From IMG/VR virus record IMGVR_UViG_2706794681_000009: DNA of 38,759 nucleotides; one strand, 5' to 3'. The stretch is from a virus (Duplodnaviria > Heunggongvirae > Uroviricota > Caudoviricetes). The position numbers and the translations under genes are program-made. The notes beneath the pieces are model-generated. The model did no database searches, was not told the origin of the DNA, and worked only from the letters and a program-made list of their open reading frames with translations. Positions 8,673 through 19,319 of this stretch are shown here, piece by piece (the first letter of the stretch is position 1; each line of letters opens with the position of its first letter).

Positions 8673-9109
8673 TACTCCCCCTTAAGATCAGCATAAAAAA
8701 TCATGGGCCTCACTGAACCATCAGGCAGGGTTATGCGCACCGAAAGCGCCAGCCGCGCGTGTCCCACACGTTCTGCATGACAGACCACGGATGACGCCAC
8801 GCCATCCTGACTGAGCCAGCCCAGCGCCTCATCCGCGTAAGCACGGGCACGGCTTATCACCGAGGCCAGCGTTTTTTCCCGGCTGAGAAGCCACAGACGG
8901 GAGCCAATGGGGCGCGGGCGAAAACTGTCTCCCCACCATCCCCGGCGGTCGCGCGTACCGTCAGGGATTTCATCCGATGCCAGCGCCCGGCGGTCAGTAA
9001 ACAGCGAAATCAGAACGGCCGTCAGCAGACTGTCATCCGTCAGCAAGTCGGCACCGTTCAGTTGCAGCGAACCGCACCCCTGATCCCATACAATTGCAAT
9101 ATCAGCCAT
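8672..9109 (-). CDS. Baseplate protein, GP46 family (start trimmed to MADIAIVWD)
   Basis: MADIAIVWDQG...LTAVLISLFTDRRA typical of phage GP46 family; upstream part of ORF has atypical composition. Confidence 0.6.
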   Translation of the reverse strand: MADIAIVWDQGCGSLQLNGADLLTDDSLLTAVLISLFTDRRALASDEIPDGTRDRRGWWGDSFRPRPIGSRLWLLSREKTLASVISRARAYADEALGWLSQDGVASSVVCHAERVGHARLALSVRITLPDGSVRPMIFYADLKGE

Positions 9110-9716
9110 TCTCCGGCGCTCCTGTCTTACTGCCTTTGCCGTTATCCTGATGCACATGGCCGGAATAGGTGATCCCGGCAATAACGGCATCAGACATCGT
9201 GAACAGCCCGTCTGATTTACCTGTACCATCAAGCACGAAATTACCCTTAACATGCAGGTTTTTATCCACCGTCACATTGCCCGTAAAGGTGGCCTCCGGC
9301 GTATCCACCCGCATCCCCTCATCGGCGTAAATCTCCAGCATTTTGCATGTCACAATAATGCGACCATCCTTTGTTAACCGTATCCGGTGCCCCTCATGGT
9401 GATACACCCCCGTATCTCCGGCTGTGAGTCCGGTCGGGCGGCTGCGCCGGTCTTCCACCACAAGCACCACAGTCTGATCCCGCTGTCCGCCCAGACAGGC
9501 AAAAAAGGTTTCCGCACCCGGCAGGGGAACGCTGATCTGCCCGTACTGCTGGGGACGCTCCACATCATCAAAGGTTTCGCCGTCCATGCCGGTGAGCTGC
9601 ACATTCTGCATTTTCAGTTCGTCATGTGTGCCGGTCAGAACGCCCCGGCCAAACAACAGGCGAATACCGCGCGTTACCGGGGCAATCAGGCGGCTGAACA
9701 CTTCATCATTCATCAA
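9102..9716 (-). CDS. Baseplate assembly protein V / spike (Mu gp45-like)
   Basis: 204 aa; synteny; gpV-like. Confidence 0.65.
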   Translation of the reverse strand: MMNDEVFSRLIAPVTRGIRLLFGRGVLTGTHDELKMQNVQLTGMDGETFDDVERPQQYGQISVPLPGAETFFACLGGQRDQTVVLVVEDRRSRPTGLTAGDTGVYHHEGHRIRLTKDGRIIVTCKMLEIYADEGMRVDTPEATFTGNVTVDKNLHVKGNFVLDGTGKSDGLFTMSDAVIAGITYSGHVHQDNGKGSKTGAPENG

Positions 9717-10830
9717 AGCTGATCCCCTGTTTTTTCATCTGCTGGCGAATAAAGGCATCAACATCGTCACCGGAACCACCCCGGCCCTTACTGTCCGGCT
9801 CTGCCGGAACGATAAAGCCGTCACGCGGTGCCAGTACCAGCCGGGTGACTTCCCCGTTATGTTCATCAAGTAAAAACTCCACCTGACAGACCAGCAGTTC
9901 AGTCTGTTCTATACCGAAACGCAGGGCTGAAACACCGGTCAGCAGATTGACATCCCATAACCGGCCATCATCCCGGAACCAGCCACGCACGGTGGCAGAA
10001 AACCGTTCTGAACGGGCAATCGCACGGCGCATTTCACGCAGGGCACGCTGCCGTGCACCGGTGGTGTCTGTCTGTTGATCGGCGAGGATGATTTTCGACC
10101 GGTAGCGGCCGATCTGCTCATCACTGATGACGCCCACAGGTGCTGCCAGACGGGCGGCGGATTCGCTGTCTCCCCGTTTGCCACCACCGCGCCCGTGTCC
10201 CCGGACACGGTATTCGCTGTATCGTCCTCGCCAGTCCGTGTTGTAATCGGCATCAAGCAGGTTATCTCCCAGCACCAGTCTGTCCGTCTGCTGGCTTCCT
10301 GCCTGGGTGAACACCAGATCGCCGTCAGCATTACTGGTCACCAGCACCCCGCGATGCCGGGCAGCACGGGTCAGCGCATCCGCCACGGTTTCTGAGTTTT
10401 CCAGCGTAAAAGAGCTGAAGGGGCGTGCAGCCGTGTCGTCGTTAACCTGCCAGCGCACGGCTATCCCGAAGGGCGCACATAAATCTGCGGCAATCTGTGC
10501 CAGCGTCCGGTTGCGCCACTGGCTGCCGGGATGGATGGCGGCACAGTCCACCAGGTCGCCGGTTTTATCCCGACCGCTGATGCTGATCTGATGACGGGTT
10601 GCACTGATCCGCTGACTGACCTGATCCAGCCAGCCACTGATGACCGTCTGCCCGTTAATTCTGAGCGTCAGGGACTGACCGGTTCGCAGGGCTGAGGGGA
10701 TGCGCTCACCGGGCAGCATCAGCCCCAGTTCAAACGACCCGGCCAGATGCTCCAGCGAGCGACGGACGCTGACCGTCAGCCAGCCGGAAAAAATACTGCC
10801 ACCGATATACAGTTCAATCCTGCTGCTCAC
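9706..10830 (-). CDS. Tail/baseplate hub protein (Mu gp44-like)
   Basis: 374 aa; synteny after DNA circularisation protein. Confidence 0.6.
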   Translation of the reverse strand: MSSRIELYIGGSIFSGWLTVSVRRSLEHLAGSFELGLMLPGERIPSALRTGQSLTLRINGQTVISGWLDQVSQRISATRHQISISGRDKTGDLVDCAAIHPGSQWRNRTLAQIAADLCAPFGIAVRWQVNDDTAARPFSSFTLENSETVADALTRAARHRGVLVTSNADGDLVFTQAGSQQTDRLVLGDNLLDADYNTDWRGRYSEYRVRGHGRGGGKRGDSESAARLAAPVGVISDEQIGRYRSKIILADQQTDTTGARQRALREMRRAIARSERFSATVRGWFRDDGRLWDVNLLTGVSALRFGIEQTELLVCQVEFLLDEHNGEVTRLVLAPRDGFIVPAEPDSKGRGGSGDDVDAFIRQQMKKQGISFDE

Positions 10831-12172
10831 TGATCACCTCCACGCTGCGGCCACCCGGAACAAAAACCGGATCGGGGATATTGTTTCTGCGGACAAAATA
10901 CTGCCAGCGACTGCTGTTGCCGGTGGCACGGTACAGCGTGACCAGTGCCGGTTCGGTGGTGCGAACCATGACCTGAAAAGCACCGGGAAGATGCACGCTC
11001 CGTGTGGTTAAATCTTCTGTCAGCGCAAGCCCTGCATCACGTAATGCAAGGGCAGTCCCGGTATAGCCCTGTGCGGACAGATCCAGCACCTGTTGTTCCA
11101 TGGCATCGCTCAAATCCCGGTTGATACGCTGCACATCAGCAGAACTTTCCAGCCAGGCCAGTCCGCCCGAACGGTCAGTATCCTGAACGTGCGTCGTATT
11201 CTGCCGGATGACCTGATCCAGCAGTTTTCCGAGCGTCTGTGCCTGCGACACCAGGGTTGCACTCTGCATCACGCTCCGCAGCAGACGGATATTTTTCTGT
11301 GCCGCAGGCGTCAGGCCAATCAGGCGCTGTGGATCATCCTGTTCGCTGAGGGTGTAACGCAGGGAGGAAAGTGTGCGGTACAGCTGCGGCATGGCCTGCT
11401 CTGCCATGCTGTCACGGTTTGTGGTCAGGCTGCCGGACGGCGTTCCGGCTTTTCCGGTCAGAGACAGGGAAGGATCGCCGGGCAGCCCGGTCAGCACGGC
11501 AAACATTCCGGCCAGCGATTCAGCCATGCGACGGGGCGCATTAATCAGGGCGGCGGCATTGCCTTTCAGGGCAGTAAAACTGGCCGTAAAGGCACTGATA
11601 TCCTGCACAATCCCCATCCCCGAAACGGCATTCTCCAGTGCATCAATCTTATCGCTGATGGTGTCGGTCATGGCCTGTACATCATGCAGACCGTCTGAAA
11701 TCACCGTCCAGCCGTCTGAAAGCGTGTTAAACAGCTGATTCATTGCTGAGCCGCTTTTCTGCTCCAGCGCAGCTGCCGTATCTTCTGCCACCGCAGGGGC
11801 GGTATCGTCACTGGCGGGGATCACGTTGATCGTGAACTCAACCGTTCCCTGCTCGCTGGCGTTATAACGGCTTTCAAAGCTGTTTATCAGCACGTTTAAC
11901 GTGCCGTAATCCGGGTGCATCAGTTCACCGGCACCGGGTGCACGCAGCGCATCACGCAGGCGGCTTCGCTGTGTCTGAAGATCGTCTCCGGTCACCAGAA
12001 CCGTGAATGTGAACTCCGGGAGTTTTGGCCCCAGATCATCCGCACCGCCGCTTTCACGCAGTGGGTATTCACGGCGCACAATGTTACGTCCGCCCCGTTC
12101 CCGCTGCTCCTGATAAACCAGGAACGGTACGCCACGAAAGGAGCCACGCCCCGGCGTGTCAGTAGAGGCCAT
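10814..12172 (-). CDS. Tail protein, DNA circularisation protein N-like (Mu gp43-like)
   Basis: 452 aa directly downstream of tape measure. Confidence 0.55.
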   Translation of the reverse strand: MASTDTPGRGSFRGVPFLVYQEQRERGGRNIVRREYPLRESGGADDLGPKLPEFTFTVLVTGDDLQTQRSRLRDALRAPGAGELMHPDYGTLNVLINSFESRYNASEQGTVEFTINVIPASDDTAPAVAEDTAAALEQKSGSAMNQLFNTLSDGWTVISDGLHDVQAMTDTISDKIDALENAVSGMGIVQDISAFTASFTALKGNAAALINAPRRMAESLAGMFAVLTGLPGDPSLSLTGKAGTPSGSLTTNRDSMAEQAMPQLYRTLSSLRYTLSEQDDPQRLIGLTPAAQKNIRLLRSVMQSATLVSQAQTLGKLLDQVIRQNTTHVQDTDRSGGLAWLESSADVQRINRDLSDAMEQQVLDLSAQGYTGTALALRDAGLALTEDLTTRSVHLPGAFQVMVRTTEPALVTLYRATGNSSRWQYFVRRNNIPDPVFVPGGRSVEVISEQQD

Positions 12173-14216
12173 AGTTCCCTCCGTTCCAGACGTTCACATC
12201 CAGGCCATGCTGTGCGGTATCATCCACATCAATACTGCGCGCCCGCCAGCCTTCAGGGGCAACAAGCTCCACCCGTGCGGCGGTTTTCGCGGTGGCCTGT
12301 CCGCCGTTTTCGTCACTGCCGCCACGCAGTTTCTGCCAGGCCTGCGTCAGCCAGCCCCCCAGATAATCACCGAGATAGCTGCCCACCGTGGAACCAATGG
12401 CAACCCCGACCGGACCGGCAGCCGCCCCCAGCGCGCCACCGGCGATACTTCCGGCAAGGGAACCCACGGCACCGGCTTTATCGGCTGCACTGGCGCTGCT
12501 GTCCAGCAGTACAGGAGCCGCCATGGCACCGGCCCACAGGGCACCACCACCCAGCCGACCGGCACCACGGAACAGCCCGGCAAAACGCCCCAGCCCCATG
12601 CGGTTTCCGGCCGCCGTTAGCAGACCACCGGCACGGCTCATCATACGACCGAAGAAGCCCTGTTTACCGGCACTCTCCGCCAGTTGCTCACCGGCAGTCA
12701 CGACGGTCGTGACACCCCGTCCACGTCCGGGGCCGCGTTTTTTACGGCCGCGCACGGTTTTGCCGTCACCGCTGACCACCACATCCCCGCCACCTGAGGC
12801 CAGGCCACCCGCAGGCCAATTGGTGACCAGCACGGGCTGAACGGCAGCCGGATTTACCCCGGTAAGGAAATTCAGGAACCGGCCAGCGCGTCCGGGCTGC
12901 GTTCCCGGTACAGTGGTCTGCGGTTTGCGGAAGGGCGACGTCAGCACGGAGGTCATCGCCATGCCATAGCGTAAGGGGGTTGCGCCGAGACGTAATGCCC
13001 CCGTCCCCGCAAACCTGAGCACCTTCAGCGCACGGGAGGCGAGATACATATACATCAGGTACTTTGCGGCGGTCTGCGCACCCTGACCAATGCGATCCAG
13101 CGCATCGCCATAACCGGCGTCGCGCAGTGCCTGAAGCGTTTCCCTGACTTTCTGAATGACCCGGTAAAAGCCGGTCGCAGCGTCTCTGGCATACTCAAAT
13201 CCCTGATTCAGGGCTGAGGCCGTCTGTGTGGCCAGCTTATCCTGTAAGCCGCTTTTCTGTGCCGCATCAGCATAATCCAGAAAGCCTTTCAGGCTCTTTT
13301 TCAGGCTGTCAAACGGTCCCTTTGCCATCACCTCGCGGGCAAATCCGTCCCAGACATCGCCCATCATGGACGTCATTCCCGTCCAGGAATTCATGGCGTT
13401 TTTCTGGGCACCTTTTGCCTGTTCGGCCATCACCTGAAATAACAGGCGAATGCTGTCCGGTCCCAGTTTTCCTTTCTCGCCTTTCTCACGGATGATCTTC
13501 TGGTTTACACCCAGCTTATCGGCCAGCAACTGGTAAACGTTAATCCCGTATCCGGTCAGAATATTGGCGTCCGCTGCCTGGATACTCTGGCGGGCAAACA
13601 TCTGTTTGAGTTGCAGGGACGCACCCTGTGCATCTGACAGTGACCAGCCGTGATAGCCGCCCTGATCCTGAAGCATGGTAATAAAGCGACGGGCTTCCCT
13701 GTCACTCATACCGAACCCGCGACTGGAGGCGTATTCCTGCATAACCCCCGCCAGCCCCCAGGTGGTGTCTTTGGCGTTCTGTACCGCCCAGGCTTTCACT
13801 GCTTCCGTTTTTGCCGTATCGCCATGATTAATGGCGTTGAGACGCAGAATATAGTTCTCCATCTCTGCGGCCGGGCGGATAAAGGCTTTATTAAACCCGT
13901 AGACCGCAGCCCCTCCCGCCAGCATCCCGTAAAGGTTGCTTATCCGCCCGATGGTGCCGGTAATGCTGCCCTGAAGGCGGTCAAAATCTGACGTCACCGT
14001 GCGGATACTGCCACGAACACCGGCAAGCGTTCGCTGCATACGGGAGCCGACAAGTTCTGTCTCCTGACCGGCACGACGTGCTGCATTTCCAAGACCACCC
14101 AGCCCCGTCCTGCCGGAACGGGAGAATGCCCCCAGCTCCTGTGACCACTGGCGGGATTTGGCAGAAATATTGCCGAGTAAATCGACAATCAGGGAGGCTT
14201 TCAGGTTTTTTGCCAT
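12159..14216 (-). CDS. Tail tape measure protein
   Basis: 685 aa, Gly/Ala-rich repeats, position between tail chaperone and baseplate genes. Confidence 0.8.
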   Translation of the reverse strand: MAKNLKASLIVDLLGNISAKSRQWSQELGAFSRSGRTGLGGLGNAARRAGQETELVGSRMQRTLAGVRGSIRTVTSDFDRLQGSITGTIGRISNLYGMLAGGAAVYGFNKAFIRPAAEMENYILRLNAINHGDTAKTEAVKAWAVQNAKDTTWGLAGVMQEYASSRGFGMSDREARRFITMLQDQGGYHGWSLSDAQGASLQLKQMFARQSIQAADANILTGYGINVYQLLADKLGVNQKIIREKGEKGKLGPDSIRLLFQVMAEQAKGAQKNAMNSWTGMTSMMGDVWDGFAREVMAKGPFDSLKKSLKGFLDYADAAQKSGLQDKLATQTASALNQGFEYARDAATGFYRVIQKVRETLQALRDAGYGDALDRIGQGAQTAAKYLMYMYLASRALKVLRFAGTGALRLGATPLRYGMAMTSVLTSPFRKPQTTVPGTQPGRAGRFLNFLTGVNPAAVQPVLVTNWPAGGLASGGGDVVVSGDGKTVRGRKKRGPGRGRGVTTVVTAGEQLAESAGKQGFFGRMMSRAGGLLTAAGNRMGLGRFAGLFRGAGRLGGGALWAGAMAAPVLLDSSASAADKAGAVGSLAGSIAGGALGAAAGPVGVAIGSTVGSYLGDYLGGWLTQAWQKLRGGSDENGGQATAKTAARVELVAPEGWRARSIDVDDTAQHGLDVNVWNGGNYGLY

Positions 14217-14343
14217 GGGTTACTGCTTCGTTCTGAGAATTTTTTCGGTCTGTCGGCAGTGCCGGTAAAGCTGCGATAAGGGGAGGTTAAGCGCCCACTC
14301 CGGGCCGCTTTTTGTCACCATCCCCAGCACAATTGCGGCTTCT

Positions 14344-14820
14344 TCAATCTGATCCCGGCACTGCATCTGGTCGCCCCCGTTCAGCGACCAGCTTTCCGGC
14401 CATCGCGGAATCAAGCAGGCTTACTGCCGCCATCAGTCGGGAGAGATCGCGCTCGCTGAGCTGTCCTATCTGACGCGGAGACAATGGCCCCTCAATCTGG
14501 CCGACAGCGGCAATCTGACGGCGCAGCAGCGCAATGCCGCGCAGTGCCGGTGAGGCCACAAGAACCGGACCGTTTCGGGTTTCCATAAGACGCTCGGCCT
14601 CGCTCTCCGCATCAATGCTGTCTTTTGCCGTCAGTTCGCGGAAGGTGACGCGGTATTCACGGGATTCCCCGAACGGCAGACCGTCGAGCAGATCCACATA
14701 GCCGTTCGCCAGTTGTTCAGCCAGCCCGGCGGTGCGGGGATCGCCGTCTTCAAGTGCATCCCGGATAGCCTCCATCACGGCCTCGTCAGAAACCGCCGTT
14801 TTTTTCTTACGTGTGCTCAT
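14344..14820 (-). CDS. Tail assembly chaperone (Mu gp41-like)
   Basis: 158 aa acidic protein between tail tube and tape measure. Confidence 0.5.
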   Translation of the reverse strand: MSTRKKKTAVSDEAVMEAIRDALEDGDPRTAGLAEQLANGYVDLLDGLPFGESREYRVTFRELTAKDSIDAESEAERLMETRNGPVLVASPALRGIALLRRQIAAVGQIEGPLSPRQIGQLSERDLSRLMAAVSLLDSAMAGKLVAERGRPDAVPGSD

Positions 14821-14834
14821 TACATTTTTCCTGA

Positions 14835-15200
14835 TTACTGGACACGGGTACTGGTGGCGCTGGCGAACTTCGCGGAGATATCACCACCACCGTCAAGCGA
14901 GGCCGGTTCACTGCTCCAGGCCTTCGTCATCATGTGGACTTCACCGGTATCGGCCACGAACTCAATCGTGACCGCAGTCCAGGTGTTGATTTCATCGGCA
15001 GCCGGTGAACCTTCTCCGCCCGCCGGGAATTTACAGTCCAGCGTCGCCTCACGGGGTTTCTCGCGATAGCCGTAAACTTTCGCGCCTTTCACCACTTCAC
15101 GCTCAAAGCCGGACGGGGAGAACGTGGCCCCCTCAAGGGTGTCGTACTCCTGCCCGTTCACACGGATGGTGGCCGTGCCCTGATACTGTTTTCCGCTCAT
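14835..15200 (-). CDS. Tail tube protein
   Basis: 121 aa directly downstream of sheath gene. Confidence 0.7.
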   Translation of the reverse strand: MSGKQYQGTATIRVNGQEYDTLEGATFSPSGFEREVVKGAKVYGYREKPREATLDCKFPAGGEGSPAADEINTWTAVTIEFVADTGEVHMMTKAWSSEPASLDGGGDISAKFASATSTRVQ

Positions 15201-15208
15201 GCCTTACC

Positions 15209-16711
15209 TCACAAAATGAAACGGATCTGCGCGGCCATGAAGCGGAACTGGTTAACCAGATCCGGTGTACACATCACATCCAGACGGTTACGGTCTTTTG
15301 TGTTGCGCTCCACGAGCAGATTCTTTTTAAAGGTGTCCAGATTTTCGACCAGTCCCAGATCCACCCATTCTTCCCCCAGCGAAATTAACTGAAGTTTCAT
15401 GATCTCCGGTGTCACGATATTCTGACCGGCACGAACGGGCGTCCCGTCATCAGCCAGTTTATGGCGCGGAAAACGCTGCGTGATAAAGGTGCGCAGGGAA
15501 TAACGCAGATATGACAGGGTGTAGATGGTTTCCACATCCAGATAGCTGGGATCGATTTCGCCGTATGCATTCTGACGGTACATCGTCACCTGACGTTCAA
15601 TCTGCACCACATCCGCGGCCGCGACGGTCACCGTGGACATGCCGGTATAAAGCAGGCTGTTTCGCTCTTCCCGCGTCAGACGATCCGGTGCTTCAGGTGC
15701 CATACGGGCAGGCAGCGCCAGTGTCTGTAATGGTCGGGCCGGATCCGTTGACAGGGAGGGCGCACAGACCGCACAAATGGAGGCAGCCCAGACATAATCC
15801 GGCTCTGGTGCTTTAGGAATAGAAGTGCAGGTAAACAGGAAGTCATTACGGGATTCACCAAAACTGGTTGCCGTACCGAAGGTGCCGGTATGCGCCATCC
15901 AGACCATACCGTCCGACATTTTTACCGGTCCCCAGCGTTTCAGCAGTTCATCCGCCAGAATTTTGAGATTTGCCGCATCCTTATAGGGCATGACGATGTA
16001 GTTGTACTGACGATTCCCCATCCCTGAGACGCTACGGGTGATATCGGGGTTTGTTGCCTTCTGTGTTGGCGCGACGAGCTCCAGCGTAAGACCGGCCGGT
16101 GTAGTTTCACCGTCATAATAGTTCACCCGTAAATCATGAGCTGAGCATTCACCGATAAAGCGGGCGTTAACCCCCATGCTGCCTTTAAGTCCTTCAGCAT
16201 TATCACCACTGACTTCAGCTGCGATAGCAGTGAATGGCGCATCAGTGTCAGCGTTAATGACCTTAGCCAGCTCTTCCACAAGCTCTTTACCTTTTTTCCC
16301 CTTACTGACGGGCAGGAGGTAACGGCGACCGCCGATGTAAACACTTAACACCCCGTCTGCCAATGCTGTTCCAATGATATTCATCACGCATGCCCTGGAC
16401 TGACCTGTTCCAGCCCCCTGTGCAATGGCATATAACTCTGTGTCAGGGTTAATGGCGATAAATTCCTCTACCATCAGTGCAATCATGGAACCTCGCCCCC
16501 AGAGTTCTCTTGCTTGTGAAGCTCGGGTAATACGTACTGGTACATCAAGCTGACCGCGCCCCTGAATGGTAGTGTCTTTCATTGCAGCCTGACCAAACAA
16601 CAGTACCGCCTGACGCTGTGGTGGAGTGCCGGTCACGGCCATTGAATTATTGATTTCAATCTGTACCAGCGGAATGCGATTGTTATCGCCGATATAATCA
16701 AAGTTAATCAT
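15209..16711 (-). CDS. Contractile tail sheath protein
   Basis: 500 aa, MINFDYIGD... sheath-like; followed by tube gene. Confidence 0.8.
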   Translation of the reverse strand: MINFDYIGDNNRIPLVQIEINNSMAVTGTPPQRQAVLLFGQAAMKDTTIQGRGQLDVPVRITRASQARELWGRGSMIALMVEEFIAINPDTELYAIAQGAGTGQSRACVMNIIGTALADGVLSVYIGGRRYLLPVSKGKKGKELVEELAKVINADTDAPFTAIAAEVSGDNAEGLKGSMGVNARFIGECSAHDLRVNYYDGETTPAGLTLELVAPTQKATNPDITRSVSGMGNRQYNYIVMPYKDAANLKILADELLKRWGPVKMSDGMVWMAHTGTFGTATSFGESRNDFLFTCTSIPKAPEPDYVWAASICAVCAPSLSTDPARPLQTLALPARMAPEAPDRLTREERNSLLYTGMSTVTVAAADVVQIERQVTMYRQNAYGEIDPSYLDVETIYTLSYLRYSLRTFITQRFPRHKLADDGTPVRAGQNIVTPEIMKLQLISLGEEWVDLGLVENLDTFKKNLLVERNTKDRNRLDVMCTPDLVNQFRFMAAQIRFIL

Positions 16712-16989
16712 CAGGACGTCCCCTTATCTGATGCTGCGGTTTTTTCAGCCACCGCCGCAGTTTTTTCTGCTACCGCTCCCGCTGGTTTTGCCGCCGCGCC
16801 GGTATTAGCAGTTGTGGCAGCCGGGGCAGGCTCCGCCGTTTTATCCACCACAATGACGTCGCCATCATTAAGACGGCGGCACCAGAACGGAGTGAAGGGT
16901 TTCTCTTCCCCGTCCTGAGAGAGCGGAGTCATCGTGTCGGGATCGCGGATCAGGCATCCCGGCGCAGGTTTAATAAAAATGGTTGTCAT
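16711..16989 (-). CDS. Small virion-associated protein (Mu gp38-like)
   Basis: 92 aa, Ala-rich tail, synteny. Confidence 0.45.
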   Translation of the reverse strand: MTTIFIKPAPGCLIRDPDTMTPLSQDGEEKPFTPFWCRRLNDGDVIVVDKTAEPAPAATTANTGAAAKPAGAVAEKTAAVAEKTAASDKGTS

Positions 16990-16992
16990 CTG

Positions 16993-17556
16993 TTATTCCT
17001 CTGACAGTCCGGCGTTTTCACCGGCGGCAGTTGCACCAGGCAGACGGATGTGTGCCTTAAATTCCGGCGTGCCTTCCGGTTCGGTAAAGGTTTCGTAATG
17101 GCGCAGGAAATCATCCAGCGAGCTGATATCCGTCAGCGGGTCGATCATTTCCTCGCATGAGAAATACAGGGCGTACATCACGGCACCGCTGCCTGCCTGC
17201 GTTTCGGTGTAACCGTTGACCGCCTTTTCAAAGTAAAGCGGTGAGGTTTTTTCTGCTCTGAAGCCGTCCAGCACGGTAATCAGGCGGGCCACAATCTGAT
17301 AAAGCCCGGGACGGCTGACCTCACGGCCATTGAGCATGTCGCCGATGACGTAGAACACCCAGTGACTGACCAGACGCCCACGGGTACGCCCTTCACCGGC
17401 ACCCAGCCAGGCAACATAGATAGCCGGGGCGTTAATCAGCATGGTGCGCAGTACGCTGTCGCTCCAGTCGCCGGGATGTGTGTCAACAGACACCAGTTCA
17501 TTCCCGAAATACTCACGGATACGGGCGATGTACGCCTGCTCGGTTTCCGTAATCAT
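16993..17556 (-). CDS. Tail completion/neck protein (Mu gp37-like)
   Basis: 187 aa; synteny. Confidence 0.5.
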   Translation of the reverse strand: MITETEQAYIARIREYFGNELVSVDTHPGDWSDSVLRTMLINAPAIYVAWLGAGEGRTRGRLVSHWVFYVIGDMLNGREVSRPGLYQIVARLITVLDGFRAEKTSPLYFEKAVNGYTETQAGSGAVMYALYFSCEEMIDPLTDISSLDDFLRHYETFTEPEGTPEFKAHIRLPGATAAGENAGLSEE

Positions 17557-17972
17557 ATAAAGCCCTTCTGGTTGCGCCCGAACACCGCCGCATCAGACTG
17601 CACCTGCGGTAAATCCCCGGATTCAGGGGCCGCACCGTCTGTATCCACGCCGACCGGCACGTTACCGTTCATGACATCTTTCAGCCAGGCCAGCGCCTCA
17701 CGGTAACGGTCACGCGCCTGATCGGATGCCCGCTGATCGCACAGGTAATAAAAGGCAATCGTGCAGCAATGCTGAACAAGGACCGCCGGAACCACCGCCA
17801 GCGGCAGCGTGTAACGGGAAGACAGATAGCTGTCGATAAGGGCAGACGCGTCCGTCAGTGCCCGGTTCAGCTTGCGCGTGTCCGGTTCATCCGAACGGGG
17901 CACGGCCAGTAATGGCCTGAGCAAATCCTCGCGGTAACGTGCCCGCATATCGGTTTCGGTGGCGTAATTCAT
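17553..17972 (-). CDS. Head-tail joining protein (Mu gp36-like)
   Basis: 139 aa; synteny. Confidence 0.5.
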   Translation of the reverse strand: MNYATETDMRARYREDLLRPLLAVPRSDEPDTRKLNRALTDASALIDSYLSSRYTLPLAVVPAVLVQHCCTIAFYYLCDQRASDQARDRYREALAWLKDVMNGNVPVGVDTDGAAPESGDLPQVQSDAAVFGRNQKGFI

Positions 17973-18328
17973 GCGCGCGCCTTTTTCGCCTGTCTGGCGT
18001 TATTGCCGGTCTTTTTCCGGGGAGCATCCTGTACGGTTTCGGCTTCGGCTAAATCTGCACCGGTCTCTGCATGAACCACACCCGCCACGGCTCCCGCATC
18101 ATCACCAGGCGTCTGTAGTATTCGTACAGTGAGGCATGGCTCCGCTTCCAGTCGGGCAAGCTGCTCCGGGGTGACGTCAACCTGCTGGCGTCCCCGCATG
18201 AACAGGAACCCCGCACGACGAAAATGCGTACGACTGCAACGCACTTCTGCCAGTACCGTGACAGGACTGTCACCACTGACCTGAAGGCCTGAATCATCTG
18301 TTGCTGCCACAGTGTGATGTTCATTCAT
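17969..18328 (-). CDS. Hypothetical head protein (Mu gp35 position)
   Basis: 119 aa between major capsid and gp36-like gene. Confidence 0.4.
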   Translation of the reverse strand: MNEHHTVAATDDSGLQVSGDSPVTVLAEVRCSRTHFRRAGFLFMRGRQQVDVTPEQLARLEAEPCLTVRILQTPGDDAGAVAGVVHAETGADLAEAETVQDAPRKKTGNNARQAKKARA

Positions 18329-18371
18329 ATTTGCCCTCCGCAGGGGCCGGGCCGTAAGCCCGGCTCACCGT

Positions 18372-19319
18372 TTACAGATAATCCGCGACAACCAGCTCCA
18401 GCTTGCCCTTCATCTCGTTAGAGACTGTGGCGTTACCGTCTGCGAACAGCTCGCGCTCCAGCAGCTGCACCGCCTGTTTTTCCAGCGAGGTGGGGACAAC
18501 AATATGGGTGGGTTTGATGCCGAGTTTGCGGCCACCGTCAGCCTTAAAGTCACGCATGGCTGACCAGCCGTGCCACAGCGCATCCAGCGTCAGCGGTGAC
18601 TGCATCATGTAGGCCATCTGCCAGAAGCCGTAGCCCACATTGCGACGGGCGGAAGCACCGAACACAAACTCGTTATCAGTAAACGCACGGCCTTCATCGA
18701 CTTTTGTCTGGGCAACCAGTTCGGCTTTGCGGCGATCCTGATAAATCAGCGGTTTTACCGCGCGGGAGCAGTCAAGCAGATACCAGGCCGGGCCGCTGTA
18801 ATCCGCCTGTGCACCGACAGAGCCGGTTTTTGCCACAAACATATTGCTGACCATCTGTGCATCACCGGAGCCATCCACTTTGGGGTAAACAGGGTGTTCG
18901 GTATCAAAGAAGTTCTGGCCGTCATAGCAGGCCGCATTCAGACCATCACGCAGTGCAGCAAAGACCAGTTCATCCGGTTGTGCCGCAGCGGCACGACCCA
19001 TTTCCTGGAATAACGGGGAGTAGATGCCGAGATTGTCGTCTTCAAAGTCATCGCGGCTAATGGCAACGGTGCCTTCAAAGGTTTTGTTCACGATGGCGTA
19101 GCCATAGGCTTTCATCTTCTCGATGACGCGGGAGCCGATCCACTCACGGAACTGCGGGAACTGCCCCAGCCAGCCGTAGGTGTTGGATTTCGAGGTGGAC
19201 GGCACGGTCATCGCAATTTTCTGGTACTGCGACGGAGCCATGGACATCCCGGCCTGAAAATCAGAACGGTAGCCCGTCATCAGGGCGGTGATCATCGCCG
19301 GTGTAATCGGGGTAGGCAT
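18372..19319 (-). CDS. Major capsid protein (Mu T-like)
   Basis: 315 aa immediately downstream of protease/scaffold gene. Confidence 0.8.
   Translation of the reverse strand: MPTPITPAMITALMTGYRSDFQAGMSMAPSQYQKIAMTVPSTSKSNTYGWLGQFPQFREWIGSRVIEKMKAYGYAIVNKTFEGTVAISRDDFEDDNLGIYSPLFQEMGRAAAAQPDELVFAALRDGLNAACYDGQNFFDTEHPVYPKVDGSGDAQMVSNMFVAKTGSVGAQADYSGPAWYLLDCSRAVKPLIYQDRRKAELVAQTKVDEGRAFTDNEFVFGASARRNVGYGFWQMAYMMQSPLTLDALWHGWSAMRDFKADGGRKLGIKPTHIVVPTSLEKQAVQLLERELFADGNATVSNEMKGKLELVVADYL

Noticed and set aside
11093-12840. Long plus-strand ORFs (e.g. 11093-11698, 11915-12712, 12388-12840) with Pro/Arg/Ala-rich products
   Set aside because: They lie entirely antisense to or out of frame with the tape measure and circularisation genes in high-GC DNA; typical shadow ORFs.
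14220-14414. 64-aa ORF bridging tail chaperone and tape measure, suggestive of a programmed frameshift extension
   Set aside because: It is in the +1 frame relative to the chaperone and starts at TTG, with no obvious slippery heptamer; a -1 frame extension hits a stop immediately. Not supported.
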